A stretch of 64,000 nucleotides of DNA, taken from the sequence record DRR723986_6279, one strand, 5' to 3'. Numbering within the stretch: the first letter of the stretch is position 1; each line of letters begins with the position of its first letter. The position numbers were made by a program, and so were the translations under genes. A model generated the notes under the pieces. That model did no database searches, was not told where the DNA came from, and saw only the letters and a list, made by a program, of their open reading frames with translations. Of this stretch, positions 48,213 through 58,584 are shown in pieces.

Positions 48213-49697
48213 ATGAAAAAAACTTTACTCTTTATTTTAAGCTTAATGCTTATTAACCAGGGCTTTTCCCAACTTCAAAAACCGATCTCTTATGGAGATG
48301 GAGTTAGCCCTAATTGGACTCAAACTAAAGCACCTGGTGACTCATGCGGTGTTTACTATAACAACTATATTGGATTGACTAAAACATCAACCGTATTCTT
48401 CGAAGAGATGAGAACTGGTGATGGCTCTGATTTTAATCCTTATCCCGGAAGAGGTCAACGATTTCATGCTCCTCAACCAATAGAAGTACATGGAATACAG
48501 TTTTACTCTTATGAAACTAATCCAACAGTAGATTCATTAATGGCAATTACGGTACTTTATGACTACGATTCATCAAATGATTCTGTTGGAGTAGAATTCG
48601 CTAGAGACACTGTTTATGTAAAGCATCAAGCTTTTAGTATCAATCTGATGGATATTTCTGTTCAAAGTGTTTTTGACAATCCGGTAACTGTGACTCAAGA
48701 TTATATTATAGCGGTTTACACCCCAACAAACGACTCATTGAAGATCATCACAAGCAGTGCCCCGGCTAATGACGGTGCAGGTGAGGGAGTTTCGTTTGCC
48801 TATTATGACAATCCGGCAGCACCGAGCTTTACAGGTTGGTATTCTACACTTCCAACTTTTGGAGCTTCTTATGATTTGGATTACTTAATTGATCCTTTTG
48901 TGAAATATGATTTAACTGATGGATTTACTGTACTAGATGATACTATTTGTCCAGAATTAGTAAGTGCAGGCTGTGTAAATTATTCGCAATTCCCTATATA
49001 TGCTGACCCGCATTATAATGCAAGCTCTGCCGCACCATCTTCAAATCTTCAATGGTTATGGGGAGATGGATTCCAAAACACGAATATTGTAACAGCTTGT
49101 CATACCTATAATAATCCTGGTGACTACACAATTACCTTGAACGATACGCTATATCGTCATGATGTAAATAACAATGTTTGCGTTGGTATATCAACAGAAA
49201 TGATTCATGTAAAAGATACAGTAGTGGCAGATTTTACATTTGTAACTGGCGGCATAATTGTTGACTTTACTAGTACTGCTTCAAATGCTGATTCATTAGC
49301 ATGGGATTTTGGTGATGGCAATACAGGTGGAGATTCACTCACCATCCAACATAATTACGATAGTCTTGGAACGTTTGATGTGTGGCTATATGCTTACAAC
49401 GAATGTGGAGTAGATTCAGTGATGATTCAAGTTACTACTGATGACGTAGGTGTTGAAAATTACAACTTCGCATTTAAAATGTATCCGAATCCTGCTAATG
49501 AGCAAGTTTTTGTGACTGGTTTGGTTGAAGGAGCTCAAATTGATTTAATCAATATTCTAGGAGAATCTATTAAAACAACTGTTGCTACTCAAAATAACCT
49601 AACTATTGCATTAGATGAATTAAGTAATGGAACCTATTTTGTTCATGTAAGCACAGAATATGGATACGTCACTAAAAAACTGGTCGTAAGAAAATAA
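48213..49697 (+). CDS. PKD-domain protein with T9SS type A CTD
   Basis: WLWGDG, WDFGDG; MYPNP...GTYFV...KKLVVRK. Confidence 0.82.
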   Translation: MKKTLLFILSLMLINQGFSQLQKPISYGDGVSPNWTQTKAPGDSCGVYYNNYIGLTKTSTVFFEEMRTGDGSDFNPYPGRGQRFHAPQPIEVHGIQFYSYETNPTVDSLMAITVLYDYDSSNDSVGVEFARDTVYVKHQAFSINLMDISVQSVFDNPVTVTQDYIIAVYTPTNDSLKIITSSAPANDGAGEGVSFAYYDNPAAPSFTGWYSTLPTFGASYDLDYLIDPFVKYDLTDGFTVLDDTICPELVSAGCVNYSQFPIYADPHYNASSAAPSSNLQWLWGDGFQNTNIVTACHTYNNPGDYTITLNDTLYRHDVNNNVCVGISTEMIHVKDTVVADFTFVTGGIIVDFTSTASNADSLAWDFGDGNTGGDSLTIQHNYDSLGTFDVWLYAYNECGVDSVMIQVTTDDVGVENYNFAFKMYPNPANEQVFVTGLVEGAQIDLINILGESIKTTVATQNNLTIALDELSNGTYFVHVSTEYGYVTKKLVVRK

Positions 49698-49716
49698 GAT
49701 TTGAAGACTAACAAGT

Positions 49717-49757
49717 AAGCCTCTCTTAGATTTATTCTTCGAGAGGCTTTTTATTTT
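49717..49757 (+). terminator. Intrinsic terminator
   Basis: AAGCCTCTC...GAGAGGCTT plus T-tract. Confidence 0.7.
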
Positions 49758-49784
49758 CTTCTTTTTTTTAACGTACTTTGTAGT

Positions 49785-50702
49785 ATGGTCAAAAAGCGGT
49801 TGAAAAACCCAATATTTCTATTTTATCTACTCGTTGGATACGTGATCATTCAATTCTCATGGTGGTTATTTTTAATTTTTTCATTGTACGAAAAAACCTA
49901 TGACAACCCTGATGAGCTTAGGCAAAAAACCTGGATGCTAATCGGTGAAGGCTCAGTGTTTTTCATCCTATTAATTCTGGGAGTCGTGATGATTAGGAAA
50001 GCGTTCAAAAAAGAAAAAAAGCTGAATGAAATCCAAGAAAACTTCTTACAATCCGTCAGTCACGAATTGAAAACACCAATTTCTTCAGTAGGACTTTATT
50101 TGCAAACTCTTCAAAAGCATCAATTAGATCAATCAAAAAGAGAGGACATCTACCAAAGGTCTTTAGACGAAATAGAACGACTTAATCATTTAATTTCAGA
50201 CATCCTTACTGCCAGAAACATTGAAAGCGACAACTATTATTTTAACAAAGAATCTTTCGATATCGGTGAACACCTACAGTCCACATTAAACAGGTTTAAA
50301 GACACCATTCTTAAAAATAGAACCGTAGAATTCAATATAGAACATGTTAGCCACCCTTTGGATAAGTCAGCTTTTGACGGAATTATTTATAATCTAGTTG
50401 AAAATGCAATTAAATACTCTCCTGAAAACAGTAAAATAGGCTTTGATTTGATTGCGAACATCTCTGGTTTTAAATTTAGGATAACTGATGAGGGGCAAGG
50501 AATTCCCAATGAATTAAAGAAAAGAGTTTTTGACAAGTTTTACCGAGCTGAAAATGAATCAACACGAAAAACGAAAGGCACTGGACTTGGAATGTATATT
50601 GTTCGATTTTTAGTTGAGGGGCAAGGTGGAAAAATCAGTTTAAAGGATAACGAACCTACAGGGTTAATTGTAGAAATAGAATTTTCAAATAAGCATGAAT
50701 AA
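49785..50702 (+). CDS. Membrane sensor histidine kinase
   Basis: Two TM helices, SHELKTP, NLVENAIKYS, DEGQG, GTGLG. Confidence 0.93.
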   Translation: MVKKRLKNPIFLFYLLVGYVIIQFSWWLFLIFSLYEKTYDNPDELRQKTWMLIGEGSVFFILLILGVVMIRKAFKKEKKLNEIQENFLQSVSHELKTPISSVGLYLQTLQKHQLDQSKREDIYQRSLDEIERLNHLISDILTARNIESDNYYFNKESFDIGEHLQSTLNRFKDTILKNRTVEFNIEHVSHPLDKSAFDGIIYNLVENAIKYSPENSKIGFDLIANISGFKFRITDEGQGIPNELKKRVFDKFYRAENESTRKTKGTGLGMYIVRFLVEGQGGKISLKDNEPTGLIVEIEFSNKHE

Positions 50703-52209
50703 AGTAGCATTAATGATTCTTGATGGCTGGGGCCATGGTGATAAGAGCAAATCGGATGGGATTTATAACGCTGACACACCGTTTATGGACTGGCTAGAAA
50801 GCACTAAACCCACTGCTGAACTATTAACGCATGGCGAGCATGTAGGCTTGCCACAAGGTCAAATGGGAAATTCAGAGGTCGGGCACCTGAATATTGGTGC
50901 GGGAAGAATTGTTTATCAAGAATTGACAAGAATAAATAAATCAATTGAAGACGGAGAATTTTTTGAAAACCCTGTTTTAAAGAATGCACTTTCGAACGCT
51001 AAGAATGAAAACAGGGACGTTCATTTCATTGGCCTTGTTTCAACCGGTGGCGTTCATTCTTCATTAGACCATTTAACTGCTTTAATAGACTTTGCCGAAG
51101 AACTTAACATAGAAAACTCTTTTGTACATGCATTTACTGATGGTAGAGATTGTAATCCCACCACAGGTTTAGGTCATATTGAATATCTTGAAAACTATAT
51201 TGAAAATAAACCTACTCAAATTGCTTCTGTGATTGGAAGATACTACGCCATGGATAGGGACAATCGTTGGGAACGGATCAAGACGGCTTATGATTTATTA
51301 GTGAACGGGATTGGAGAAGCGTTCGAAAACCCGATAGATGCTATAAAAGATTCTTACCGAGAAAACATCACTGATGAATTTATCACCCCAAAATCTATTA
51401 GAAAAAATGGACAGCAAATTGCCCATTTAAAACCTAATGATTTGGTGATTTGCTTCAATTTCAGAACTGATCGTTGTCGTGAAATTACAGCAGTTCTGAC
51501 TCAGTACGATATGCCTGATTATAAAATGTCAAGACTCAATTTGGATTATCTCACTATGACAAACTATGATAAGACATTTAAAGGTGTCAAAGTCATTTTT
51601 GAAAAGGACAATCTCAAAAACACGTTAGGTGAAGTTATTTCAGACCACAATCTATCACAATTGAGAATTGCCGAAACAGAGAAATATCCTCATGTCAGCT
51701 TCTTCTTTTCTGGGGGAAGAGAAACGGCTTTTTTAAAAGAGGAAAGAATTATGATCCCATCACCGGATGTTGCCACCTACGATTTAAAACCTTCAATGAG
51801 TGCAGTCGAAATAAAAGATGCCGTACTAAAATTCATGAACGAAGAATCACCAGAATTTATCTGCTTGAATTTCGCCAACACTGACATGGTTGGACATACA
51901 GGATCTTACCCTGCTATACTTGAAGCGGCAAACTGTGTAGATCAATGTTTGCAAGAAGTGGTTGAAAAGGGTCAAAAAATGGGATACGATTTTGTTATCA
52001 TTGCTGATCACGGGAATTCTGATTACGCCATTAACCCTGACGGTTCGCCAAATACTGCTCATTCACTAAACCCTGTACCAATTATTGTTTTATCAGATAA
52101 AGTGAATTCTATCAAATCGGGCACTTTGAGAGATGTAGCTCCCACAGTGTTAGATTTATTAGGCATTGCGCAACCGATCGAAATGACAGGGGAATCTGTA
52201 AAAGTTTAA
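50695..52209 (+). CDS. gpmI: 2,3-bisphosphoglycerate-independent phosphoglycerate mutase
   Basis: ILDGWG, MGNSEVGH, GRYYAMDRD, DMVGHTG, ADHGN. Confidence 0.97.
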   Translation: MNKVALMILDGWGHGDKSKSDGIYNADTPFMDWLESTKPTAELLTHGEHVGLPQGQMGNSEVGHLNIGAGRIVYQELTRINKSIEDGEFFENPVLKNALSNAKNENRDVHFIGLVSTGGVHSSLDHLTALIDFAEELNIENSFVHAFTDGRDCNPTTGLGHIEYLENYIENKPTQIASVIGRYYAMDRDNRWERIKTAYDLLVNGIGEAFENPIDAIKDSYRENITDEFITPKSIRKNGQQIAHLKPNDLVICFNFRTDRCREITAVLTQYDMPDYKMSRLNLDYLTMTNYDKTFKGVKVIFEKDNLKNTLGEVISDHNLSQLRIAETEKYPHVSFFFSGGRETAFLKEERIMIPSPDVATYDLKPSMSAVEIKDAVLKFMNEESPEFICLNFANTDMVGHTGSYPAILEAANCVDQCLQEVVEKGQKMGYDFVIIADHGNSDYAINPDGSPNTAHSLNPVPIIVLSDKVNSIKSGTLRDVAPTVLDLLGIAQPIEMTGESVKV

Positions 52210-52880
52210 AGTAACTTCTTTGGCTTTCCTGCAATGAAATCTTTTAGATAACTTGGTTCAAAATAAGCCACATCTTCAAATTCACCATTTTGATACTTTT
52301 TAAAACTTAGTTTAGCCATTCCAGCTGCACTAACCGGCGTATCCAAATCAAATTCAAAGTTAGAGGATGTCAAAACGTCCATGCATTTCGCTGCGCCCGG
52401 TCCAATAAAGAGCAGTTTACGATCATTCCATTTTTCAAAAACAGTATCCTCTACCACCAAAGCATTGGTATCCTCAATTACATTTAAATTTTCATCAAAG
52501 ATGGCTGTGTAAACCTCCATCCGTCTTGCATCAAACATAGGGCAAATGTATGAGGAAGGTGTCTCAACTTGTGCTGCCAAACATTTCAAAGAATTCACTG
52601 CAATCAAAGGAATATCCAGTCCATAACAAATACCTTTAGCCGTTGAAACCCCAATTCTCAATCCGGTGTAAGAACCCGGACCTTCACTTACAGCAACAGC
52701 ATCTACATCCTTTATGGTTTTATTCGCTGATTTTAAAACAGATTCAATGAATCCGTTCAACTTTTCAGCATGTGAAAATTTTTCTGAGGTAAGTTCTTCT
52801 TTCGAAAGTACGATTCCGCTTTCAGCCAAAGCGACACTACATGTTTTTGTAGCAGTTTCTAAATTCAGTATTAGGGCCAT
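52206..52880 (-). CDS. tsaB: t6A biosynthesis protein TsaB
   Basis: GPGSYTGLRIG, DARRMEVY. Confidence 0.95.
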   Translation of the reverse strand: MALILNLETATKTCSVALAESGIVLSKEELTSEKFSHAEKLNGFIESVLKSANKTIKDVDAVAVSEGPGSYTGLRIGVSTAKGICYGLDIPLIAVNSLKCLAAQVETPSSYICPMFDARRMEVYTAIFDENLNVIEDTNALVVEDTVFEKWNDRKLLFIGPGAAKCMDVLTSSNFEFDLDTPVSAAGMAKLSFKKYQNGEFEDVAYFEPSYLKDFIAGKPKKLL

Positions 52881-54064
52881 TAATCAACTATCAATATTTC
52901 AACTCTTCTGTTCGCCTCTTCTTCTTCCAAGCTTTTGGGCTTTTCGTAGGTCATTTGGGTATTCCCAAATCCTATCGCTTCTAATCTCTCAACAGAAATA
53001 CCGTTGTTTTTAAGGAACTTTTTGACTGCCTTGGCGCGATCATCAGATAGTTTTTGAATCTTATTTGTATTTTCTAATCCAGGCGCATTCACATGTCCTT
53101 GAATCTGTATTTTAACTTCATCATTTACAGCCAGAAAATCTAGCAAACGTTTTAGTGCCGGAAGTGCGATAGGCAGAAACTCATCTGAATCCTGATAAAA
53201 CTTAATATCTTCTAGTAGCAATTTCTTTCCGGCAGATAGCTTTTCCAGCTCAATTAGTACATCCGCATTTTCGTCAGCTTTTTTAGTAACCTCAACATCT
53301 TTAACAAATAAAAAGTATCCTGGAGTATTTGATTCTATATGTAAATCTTTAGCTCTAGATCCAGAAAAAATAAAATCAGTCCCCATAAAAAGTGCATTAT
53401 CCATACCTACGCCATTCACGATCATATTGGCCTCAACAGGTTCCATTGTCTCTTTATCTCGGATTCTAATTCTAATCATGGATTCTTTTTCGTTGGTTCT
53501 GAAATCCTGAATTTTTGAAACGGTAGTTTTTATTTTACCGATTCGCTTGTAGCGTATCCTTACTTTTCCTTCATAAGTAGAGTTGGTGTGGATCATTAAA
53601 TAATACACATCTTGCATTTCTGTCTCTATAGATGGTTTGAAATTCTCATCCCTTGGATCACCCTCAATGCCCTTATCATAATATGATGACATTTCATAAA
53701 GAATGGGTTTTACTTCATCATTTTCTAATTTTTCACAAAACGAATTATCATCTGCCTTGAACAACAAATAACTAAAGTCAACATTATTTTCAGTGAAAAT
53801 TTCGAATTCAAATCGACCTTTTAATTGAGGTTCTAAACGCAACCAAACTGAATTCGCTTCATGAAAATCAGGGAACATGTTCATGAAATCATCTCGGTGA
53901 CCATAATTACCAGGAAATTGAACTCTAGACTCGTTGGTATAGTCAAGCACTTCAACCGCTCCGAAGCAATCTGCAAACGAATTTGAATAGTGCATTTTAA
54001 AACCTTGACTAAAAGAATTTAAAGTGCCAAAAATTAACAATATGGATAAAACACGTCCTAACAT
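52880..54064 (-). CDS. OmpA-family C-terminal domain protein
   Basis: IQGHVN, LSDDRAKAV, NRRVEI; signal peptide from MLGRVLS (start moved). Confidence 0.85.
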   Translation of the reverse strand: MLGRVLSILLIFGTLNSFSQGFKMHYSNSFADCFGAVEVLDYTNESRVQFPGNYGHRDDFMNMFPDFHEANSVWLRLEPQLKGRFEFEIFTENNVDFSYLLFKADDNSFCEKLENDEVKPILYEMSSYYDKGIEGDPRDENFKPSIETEMQDVYYLMIHTNSTYEGKVRIRYKRIGKIKTTVSKIQDFRTNEKESMIRIRIRDKETMEPVEANMIVNGVGMDNALFMGTDFIFSGSRAKDLHIESNTPGYFLFVKDVEVTKKADENADVLIELEKLSAGKKLLLEDIKFYQDSDEFLPIALPALKRLLDFLAVNDEVKIQIQGHVNAPGLENTNKIQKLSDDRAKAVKKFLKNNGISVERLEAIGFGNTQMTYEKPKSLEEEEANRRVEILIVD

Positions 54065-54131
54065 CACTGGATCATTACAAATATACGGTATTTTTGCCCT
54101 AAGGTTCACATACCATGCCAAAGCATACACC

Positions 54132-54497
54132 ATGAAAACAATGTACGAGAAAGTAGGAGACGAACGATTGCAATTAATTGTTGAGCGATTTTATGACCAA
54201 GTTTTCGAAAATGAAATTATTGGACCACTGTTTGCAAACAGTGAAAAAGCCTTAGTAATGGACAAACAATATTGTTTTTTAACCCAATTTCTAGGCGGTC
54301 CGTTACGCTATTTTGAAAAGTACGGTAATCCTAAAATGCGCATGCGTCATTTACCTCATAAAATTGATGAACGCGCCAAAGACGAGTGGCTAAGATTGAT
54401 GAAAAATGCCATCTTTAGTTTAGATTGGGATGAAGAAAACAAGACCACTTTGTATAATTGTTTTCCAACCTTGGCAGCCCACATGATGAATTCGTAA
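54132..54497 (+). CDS. Group II truncated hemoglobin
   Basis: FLTQFLGGP, PKMRMRH, EWLRLM; start moved to MKTMYEKVG. Confidence 0.88.
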   Translation: MKTMYEKVGDERLQLIVERFYDQVFENEIIGPLFANSEKALVMDKQYCFLTQFLGGPLRYFEKYGNPKMRMRHLPHKIDERAKDEWLRLMKNAIFSLDWDEENKTTLYNCFPTLAAHMMNS

Positions 54498-54566
54498 GAA
54501 TTTATTCAGATTTTTATTTATTGCGAGATTTTCTGGTTAAATTAGGTATGATAATTGCCCTTGAAC

Positions 54567-55145
54567 ATGAAAAAACACTTGCAGCAGCTCATATTAATAC
54601 TGTTATTTTGTCTAACAGGTTGGACATCTTATACTCAAGATGACCGATACGTATTATGGGGTACACGTTCATTAACTTGGGACGATTTTCAAGGACCTAT
54701 TCCTTCAAATTCTCAGTTTGACGCTTTAACCAACTCTGCCATCAACCTTATTTATGATGGCGAAAACGCTTCGCTGAGATTTACTATTGAAACAATTTTT
54801 GATTTGAAAGGATCTTGGAAAAAAGCAAATGTAAACCCTTATGTGCTACAGCACGAACAGCTGCATTTTGATATCACCGAATATCATTCGCGTCTCCTGC
54901 GTAAAAAGCTTAAAGGATACCGTTTCAAATCTTTTGCAACAATTGAGTCGGACGTAAAAAAGATGTTTAATCAGGCTTTTGATAATGCCAATAAAATGCA
55001 GGTGAAATACGATAAAGACACCAATCATTCAATTAATAAAAAGAAACAGGCGAAATGGAACAGAAAAGTAAAAAAGCTATTGAAATCTGTAAGCGCCTAT
55101 AAAAACCCTAAGTTTCAAATTAACATCAGTTATTTAACCAAATAA
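54567..55145 (+). CDS. DUF922-like putative zincin
   Basis: LTWDDFQG, LQHEQLHFDI, YDKDTNH. Confidence 0.75.
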   Translation: MKKHLQQLILILLFCLTGWTSYTQDDRYVLWGTRSLTWDDFQGPIPSNSQFDALTNSAINLIYDGENASLRFTIETIFDLKGSWKKANVNPYVLQHEQLHFDITEYHSRLLRKKLKGYRFKSFATIESDVKKMFNQAFDNANKMQVKYDKDTNHSINKKKQAKWNRKVKKLLKSVSAYKNPKFQINISYLTK

Positions 55146-55152
55146 ACACATC

Positions 55153-56349
55153 ATGAATAAACAACTACTTCTACTCTGCTTCTTTTTGATGAATTTGGGA
55201 TGGGTCAATGCCGGCCCTAAAATTTGGAAATGCATTAACGAAAAAGGAGAGGTTCAATTCACCGTTGAGGCTAAAAGAGTTTCAAGTTTTCAGAACGGCA
55301 TGGCGGTAATAACAAAAGCCGAAGTAATTGACAATAAATGGGTGTATAACAAAGGGTTTATTGACGCCACCGGAAAAATTGTTATTCAGCCGCAATACGA
55401 TAAGGTGAAAGGAAATGGTTTCGTGAATGGGCGTGCTTGGGTCAAAATGAAGAACTCAGATTATTGGTCATTGATAGATGAAACAGGTAAGGTAATTCCC
55501 ACCAATAAATACGAAAAAGTAGGTTACCTGTTTGACTTTAACCCCAATGTGACAGCAGTTTATCGTCTGGGGAAATTGGGATTTATAGACATGGATGGTA
55601 AAGAGATTATTCCCTGTAAATATTTAGGTGATTCGTTCTTCAAGCAGGGATTAGCTTGCGTCTCATTATACAATGATGAAAGCGGTTATGGATTTATTAA
55701 TCCACAAGGTGAGGTTGTCATTCCGTTTCAATTCAAGCAAGCCGGCACTGCAGCTTTTATGGATAATGGGATGTGTAGAGCTACGGTTTCTGGATCAACT
55801 GTTCTGATTGATAAAACGGGGAAAGTAGTGTTTAAAACAAGTAAAGGAAATATCCAAGGAGTCAGTAATGATTGGGTACGTATTTTTACTAAAGCCAATC
55901 GAAAAGGTTGGGGCTATATTGATATGAACGGGGCTACAAAAATTGACTTTATCTATGATGACTTATCCTCATTCAATGATTTAGGATATGCAATTGCCGA
56001 AAAAGACGGGCTAAAAGGAATTATCGGCACAGACGGAAAAACTGCCATTGAGTTTAAGTATGCGACCATTTATAACGATCCGACAGAAGATGGCTATATC
56101 ATGGCAGTTTATCCAACAGATGAACCCATGTCATTAGCCAATACACCAAAAGATTATTTCAATGCTCAATTTGAAAAAATAGATTTAGGCGACATTGCCT
56201 ATGTTTACTCTGCTAATGGCAGTAAGTTGTTGCCTTTTAGAACGAAAGATCACAAGTTGGGCTATTTAGACCGTGACTTTAATGTTGTGATTGAGGCCAC
56301 TTATGATGTGGCTGAGGAGTTTTCTGAAGGTTTGGCTTGGGTGAGGTAG
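55153..56349 (+). CDS. WG-repeat protein
   Basis: Repeated (W/Y)G(F/Y)ID..G..VI...(Y/F) and F..GLA.V units. Confidence 0.88.
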   Translation: MNKQLLLLCFFLMNLGWVNAGPKIWKCINEKGEVQFTVEAKRVSSFQNGMAVITKAEVIDNKWVYNKGFIDATGKIVIQPQYDKVKGNGFVNGRAWVKMKNSDYWSLIDETGKVIPTNKYEKVGYLFDFNPNVTAVYRLGKLGFIDMDGKEIIPCKYLGDSFFKQGLACVSLYNDESGYGFINPQGEVVIPFQFKQAGTAAFMDNGMCRATVSGSTVLIDKTGKVVFKTSKGNIQGVSNDWVRIFTKANRKGWGYIDMNGATKIDFIYDDLSSFNDLGYAIAEKDGLKGIIGTDGKTAIEFKYATIYNDPTEDGYIMAVYPTDEPMSLANTPKDYFNAQFEKIDLGDIAYVYSANGSKLLPFRTKDHKLGYLDRDFNVVIEATYDVAEEFSEGLAWVR

Positions 56350-56358
56350 ATGTTTTCT

Positions 56359-57417
56359 TTACAGGTTTATCACTTTTGGTTTTTCAATGTATCTATTATC
56401 CTCATAATCGATTAACAAGTCAGGCATCTGTGTATGGATGAATTCCAATTTACTAAAATGTCTTAAACCATAAAGTTCGATATAAGAAGGAGTAAGACAT
56501 ATTTCTGATCGAGCTTCTAAAAGGCCTTTATTGACCTCAGAAAAGATTGAGAATAATTGAGAAACACTAAGTGTATTTTTCCCATAAATTTCTAAACTAA
56601 TCTTTGCTTGTTTTGATGGTATCGTTAAATCTCCATGGCGCTTAATTAGAACTAATTGTTTTTCTAATAATAAAATCTCATTCTCAAGAAACAGGTTAGT
56701 TTCATGACTTAACATTTTTTTATAGTCTTCAAGCTTTTCTTGAACCCAAAAAGCTGTCAATTTTTTATATTCCCACTGGCGTGGATCAGTTTCATGATCA
56801 AAATTTGCCGAATACCCATGGCTCACGCTATTTTTTACTGAATCAAATAGAGTAAGTCTTCCTTCAACTAAAAATTTAAATTCAGAATTAACTGCGATAC
56901 TTAAATTATCATAGATCCAACCATCACCACAAACCCATTGCATTTCTTCTCTAGGCTGCAAATGCAAATACGTTTGAAGGGCGTAATTACCGTTTTTACC
57001 CCAATATAAAAATTTGGCATTTTCAATTTTCCCGATTAGGCTGAAATAAAAATATTCGATCTGACCAATTGTAAGATTCGAATCTGGAACAATTATATAC
57101 TTAACCGGATGTGATTTCAATTCACTAAATGCAGCTATCTCTTTGGCATTCTTTTCAGTAGGTTCTACCACCCACGCCGTATCATTCAGTTTTTCAATAG
57201 GATTATCTAGATTCTCCCTTAGAAAAATGATTCCCGTAACAGGTAGTGTATCCGCATCATACCACCAGGGATAGCCACAAGTCAACTCAGGCGGATGAAC
57301 CTCAAAATCGTGTGCTACTTGGACATAATAATGAAAATCTTTGGTAGAAATAGACTGACTTAGGGCACTACTTAGCCCAGTGATCAAGATTAAACTTGAA
57401 ATGAATTTTGCGATCAT
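56359..57417 (-). CDS. Hypothetical exported protein, possible ExbD-like C-terminal half
   Basis: Signal peptide; IAVNSEFKFLVEG ... AKISLE. Confidence 0.45.
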   Translation of the reverse strand: MIAKFISSLILITGLSSALSQSISTKDFHYYVQVAHDFEVHPPELTCGYPWWYDADTLPVTGIIFLRENLDNPIEKLNDTAWVVEPTEKNAKEIAAFSELKSHPVKYIIVPDSNLTIGQIEYFYFSLIGKIENAKFLYWGKNGNYALQTYLHLQPREEMQWVCGDGWIYDNLSIAVNSEFKFLVEGRLTLFDSVKNSVSHGYSANFDHETDPRQWEYKKLTAFWVQEKLEDYKKMLSHETNLFLENEILLLEKQLVLIKRHGDLTIPSKQAKISLEIYGKNTLSVSQLFSIFSEVNKGLLEARSEICLTPSYIELYGLRHFSKLEFIHTQMPDLLIDYEDNRYIEKPKVINL

Positions 57418-57439
57418 AATAAATGATTAACAGCAAAAA

Positions 57440-58240
57440 TTATTCCATCAATTGTTGAACCTTTAGCAAATATTCAGCTCGATACAAGGTCAAGCCGGCA
57501 AGGTGCTTTCCGTCTATCGTCCACAATTCTTTATGATGGCTTGGTGAGCGTTCATAAATCTCCTTCCCCATTTTATATTCACAAACTACATCCTCTTTGC
57601 TATGAACAACCAGCAACGGTTTGTTCCAAGTTTTCATCAAGCGTTTACCTCTAACCGCATTTCTAACCAATAAATAAGCAGAAAAACGCATAGGTCTTGG
57701 GGTACGTGAAGCCGCTACTGTATTGTGATCAATAAAAGGTCCCTCTAACAGCATAGCATCAATTTGATCTTGATTGTCATGACCAACTTGCTGCGCTAAA
57801 TTACCTCCAAGCGAAAAACCCATCAATAAAACTTTCGTGTTTTTGACTTCTGGTAGCTTTATGAAATAATCAAAAGCCAATTGAGCAGCCAATTTCACGT
57901 ATTTATGTTTGGCCTTTCCTTCAGATTCTCCAAACTCAGGATAATCCAATATGAAGAAATTATAGCCGGCCTCATAAAAAATATCTGCCACCCCACTCCA
58001 TGATTTCAATGTTCCTGCATTGCCGTGTAAAAAGAAAATGGAAGTCTTAGCTGAATCGTTTTTGTAAAAATTACTGGTAAATGAACCGTGCTTTTTATGG
58101 TATTGTATTTTAATTTCTTCGGCATGGCTTGGCGGATCAAAAGATTCTTTTTCAGGATAATAGAATAGGCCGTTAAAACCGCAAGAAGTCAAAAACAGAG
58201 AGATGAATATTAAGCTTAAATGGTTTTTGACTTTTTTCAT
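57440..58240 (-). CDS. Alpha/beta hydrolase lipoprotein
   Basis: Lipobox LTSC, HGNAG, GFSLG, HSKED, GKH. Confidence 0.85.
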   Translation of the reverse strand: MKKVKNHLSLIFISLFLTSCGFNGLFYYPEKESFDPPSHAEEIKIQYHKKHGSFTSNFYKNDSAKTSIFFLHGNAGTLKSWSGVADIFYEAGYNFFILDYPEFGESEGKAKHKYVKLAAQLAFDYFIKLPEVKNTKVLLMGFSLGGNLAQQVGHDNQDQIDAMLLEGPFIDHNTVAASRTPRPMRFSAYLLVRNAVRGKRLMKTWNKPLLVVHSKEDVVCEYKMGKEIYERSPSHHKELWTIDGKHLAGLTLYRAEYLLKVQQLME

Positions 58241-58278
58241 ATATAGCTAAATATAGGGATTTAGCACAGAATCCTTTA

Positions 58279-58307
58279 AAAGAAAAAAGGCCGATATAAT
58301 CGACCTT
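58279..58307 (-). terminator. Intrinsic terminator
   Basis: AAGGUCGAU-UAU-AUCGGCCUU plus U-tract on minus strand. Confidence 0.65.
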
Positions 58308-58333
58308 CCTTCTTAAATCATTATTTAAGAATA

Positions 58334-58579
58334 CTAATAAATCACAGCTTCTGGGCAATCTTGACCAATAAGAGTGGTTGCCTTATCATGCATCTCATAA
58401 TCTTCATCAGCATAATAATTCTTAAGTTCATTCATCTTGTCTTCAACCTCCTTTGATCCTATTCCTTTTTCATGAAGACAATTACATACTTCAGAACTCC
58501 AATCTTCAGGAGTTTTATCGTAGCTATTTCCACAACCGTTCAATACAAACGCCGCGGCTAACACTATCAAATTTCTCAT
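58334..58579 (-). CDS. Small lipoprotein
   Basis: Lipobox LNGC; CxC and distal Cys. Confidence 0.65.
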   Translation of the reverse strand: MRNLIVLAAAFVLNGCGNSYDKTPEDWSSEVCNCLHEKGIGSKEVEDKMNELKNYYADEDYEMHDKATTLIGQDCPEAVIY

Positions 58580-58584
58580 CTTTT

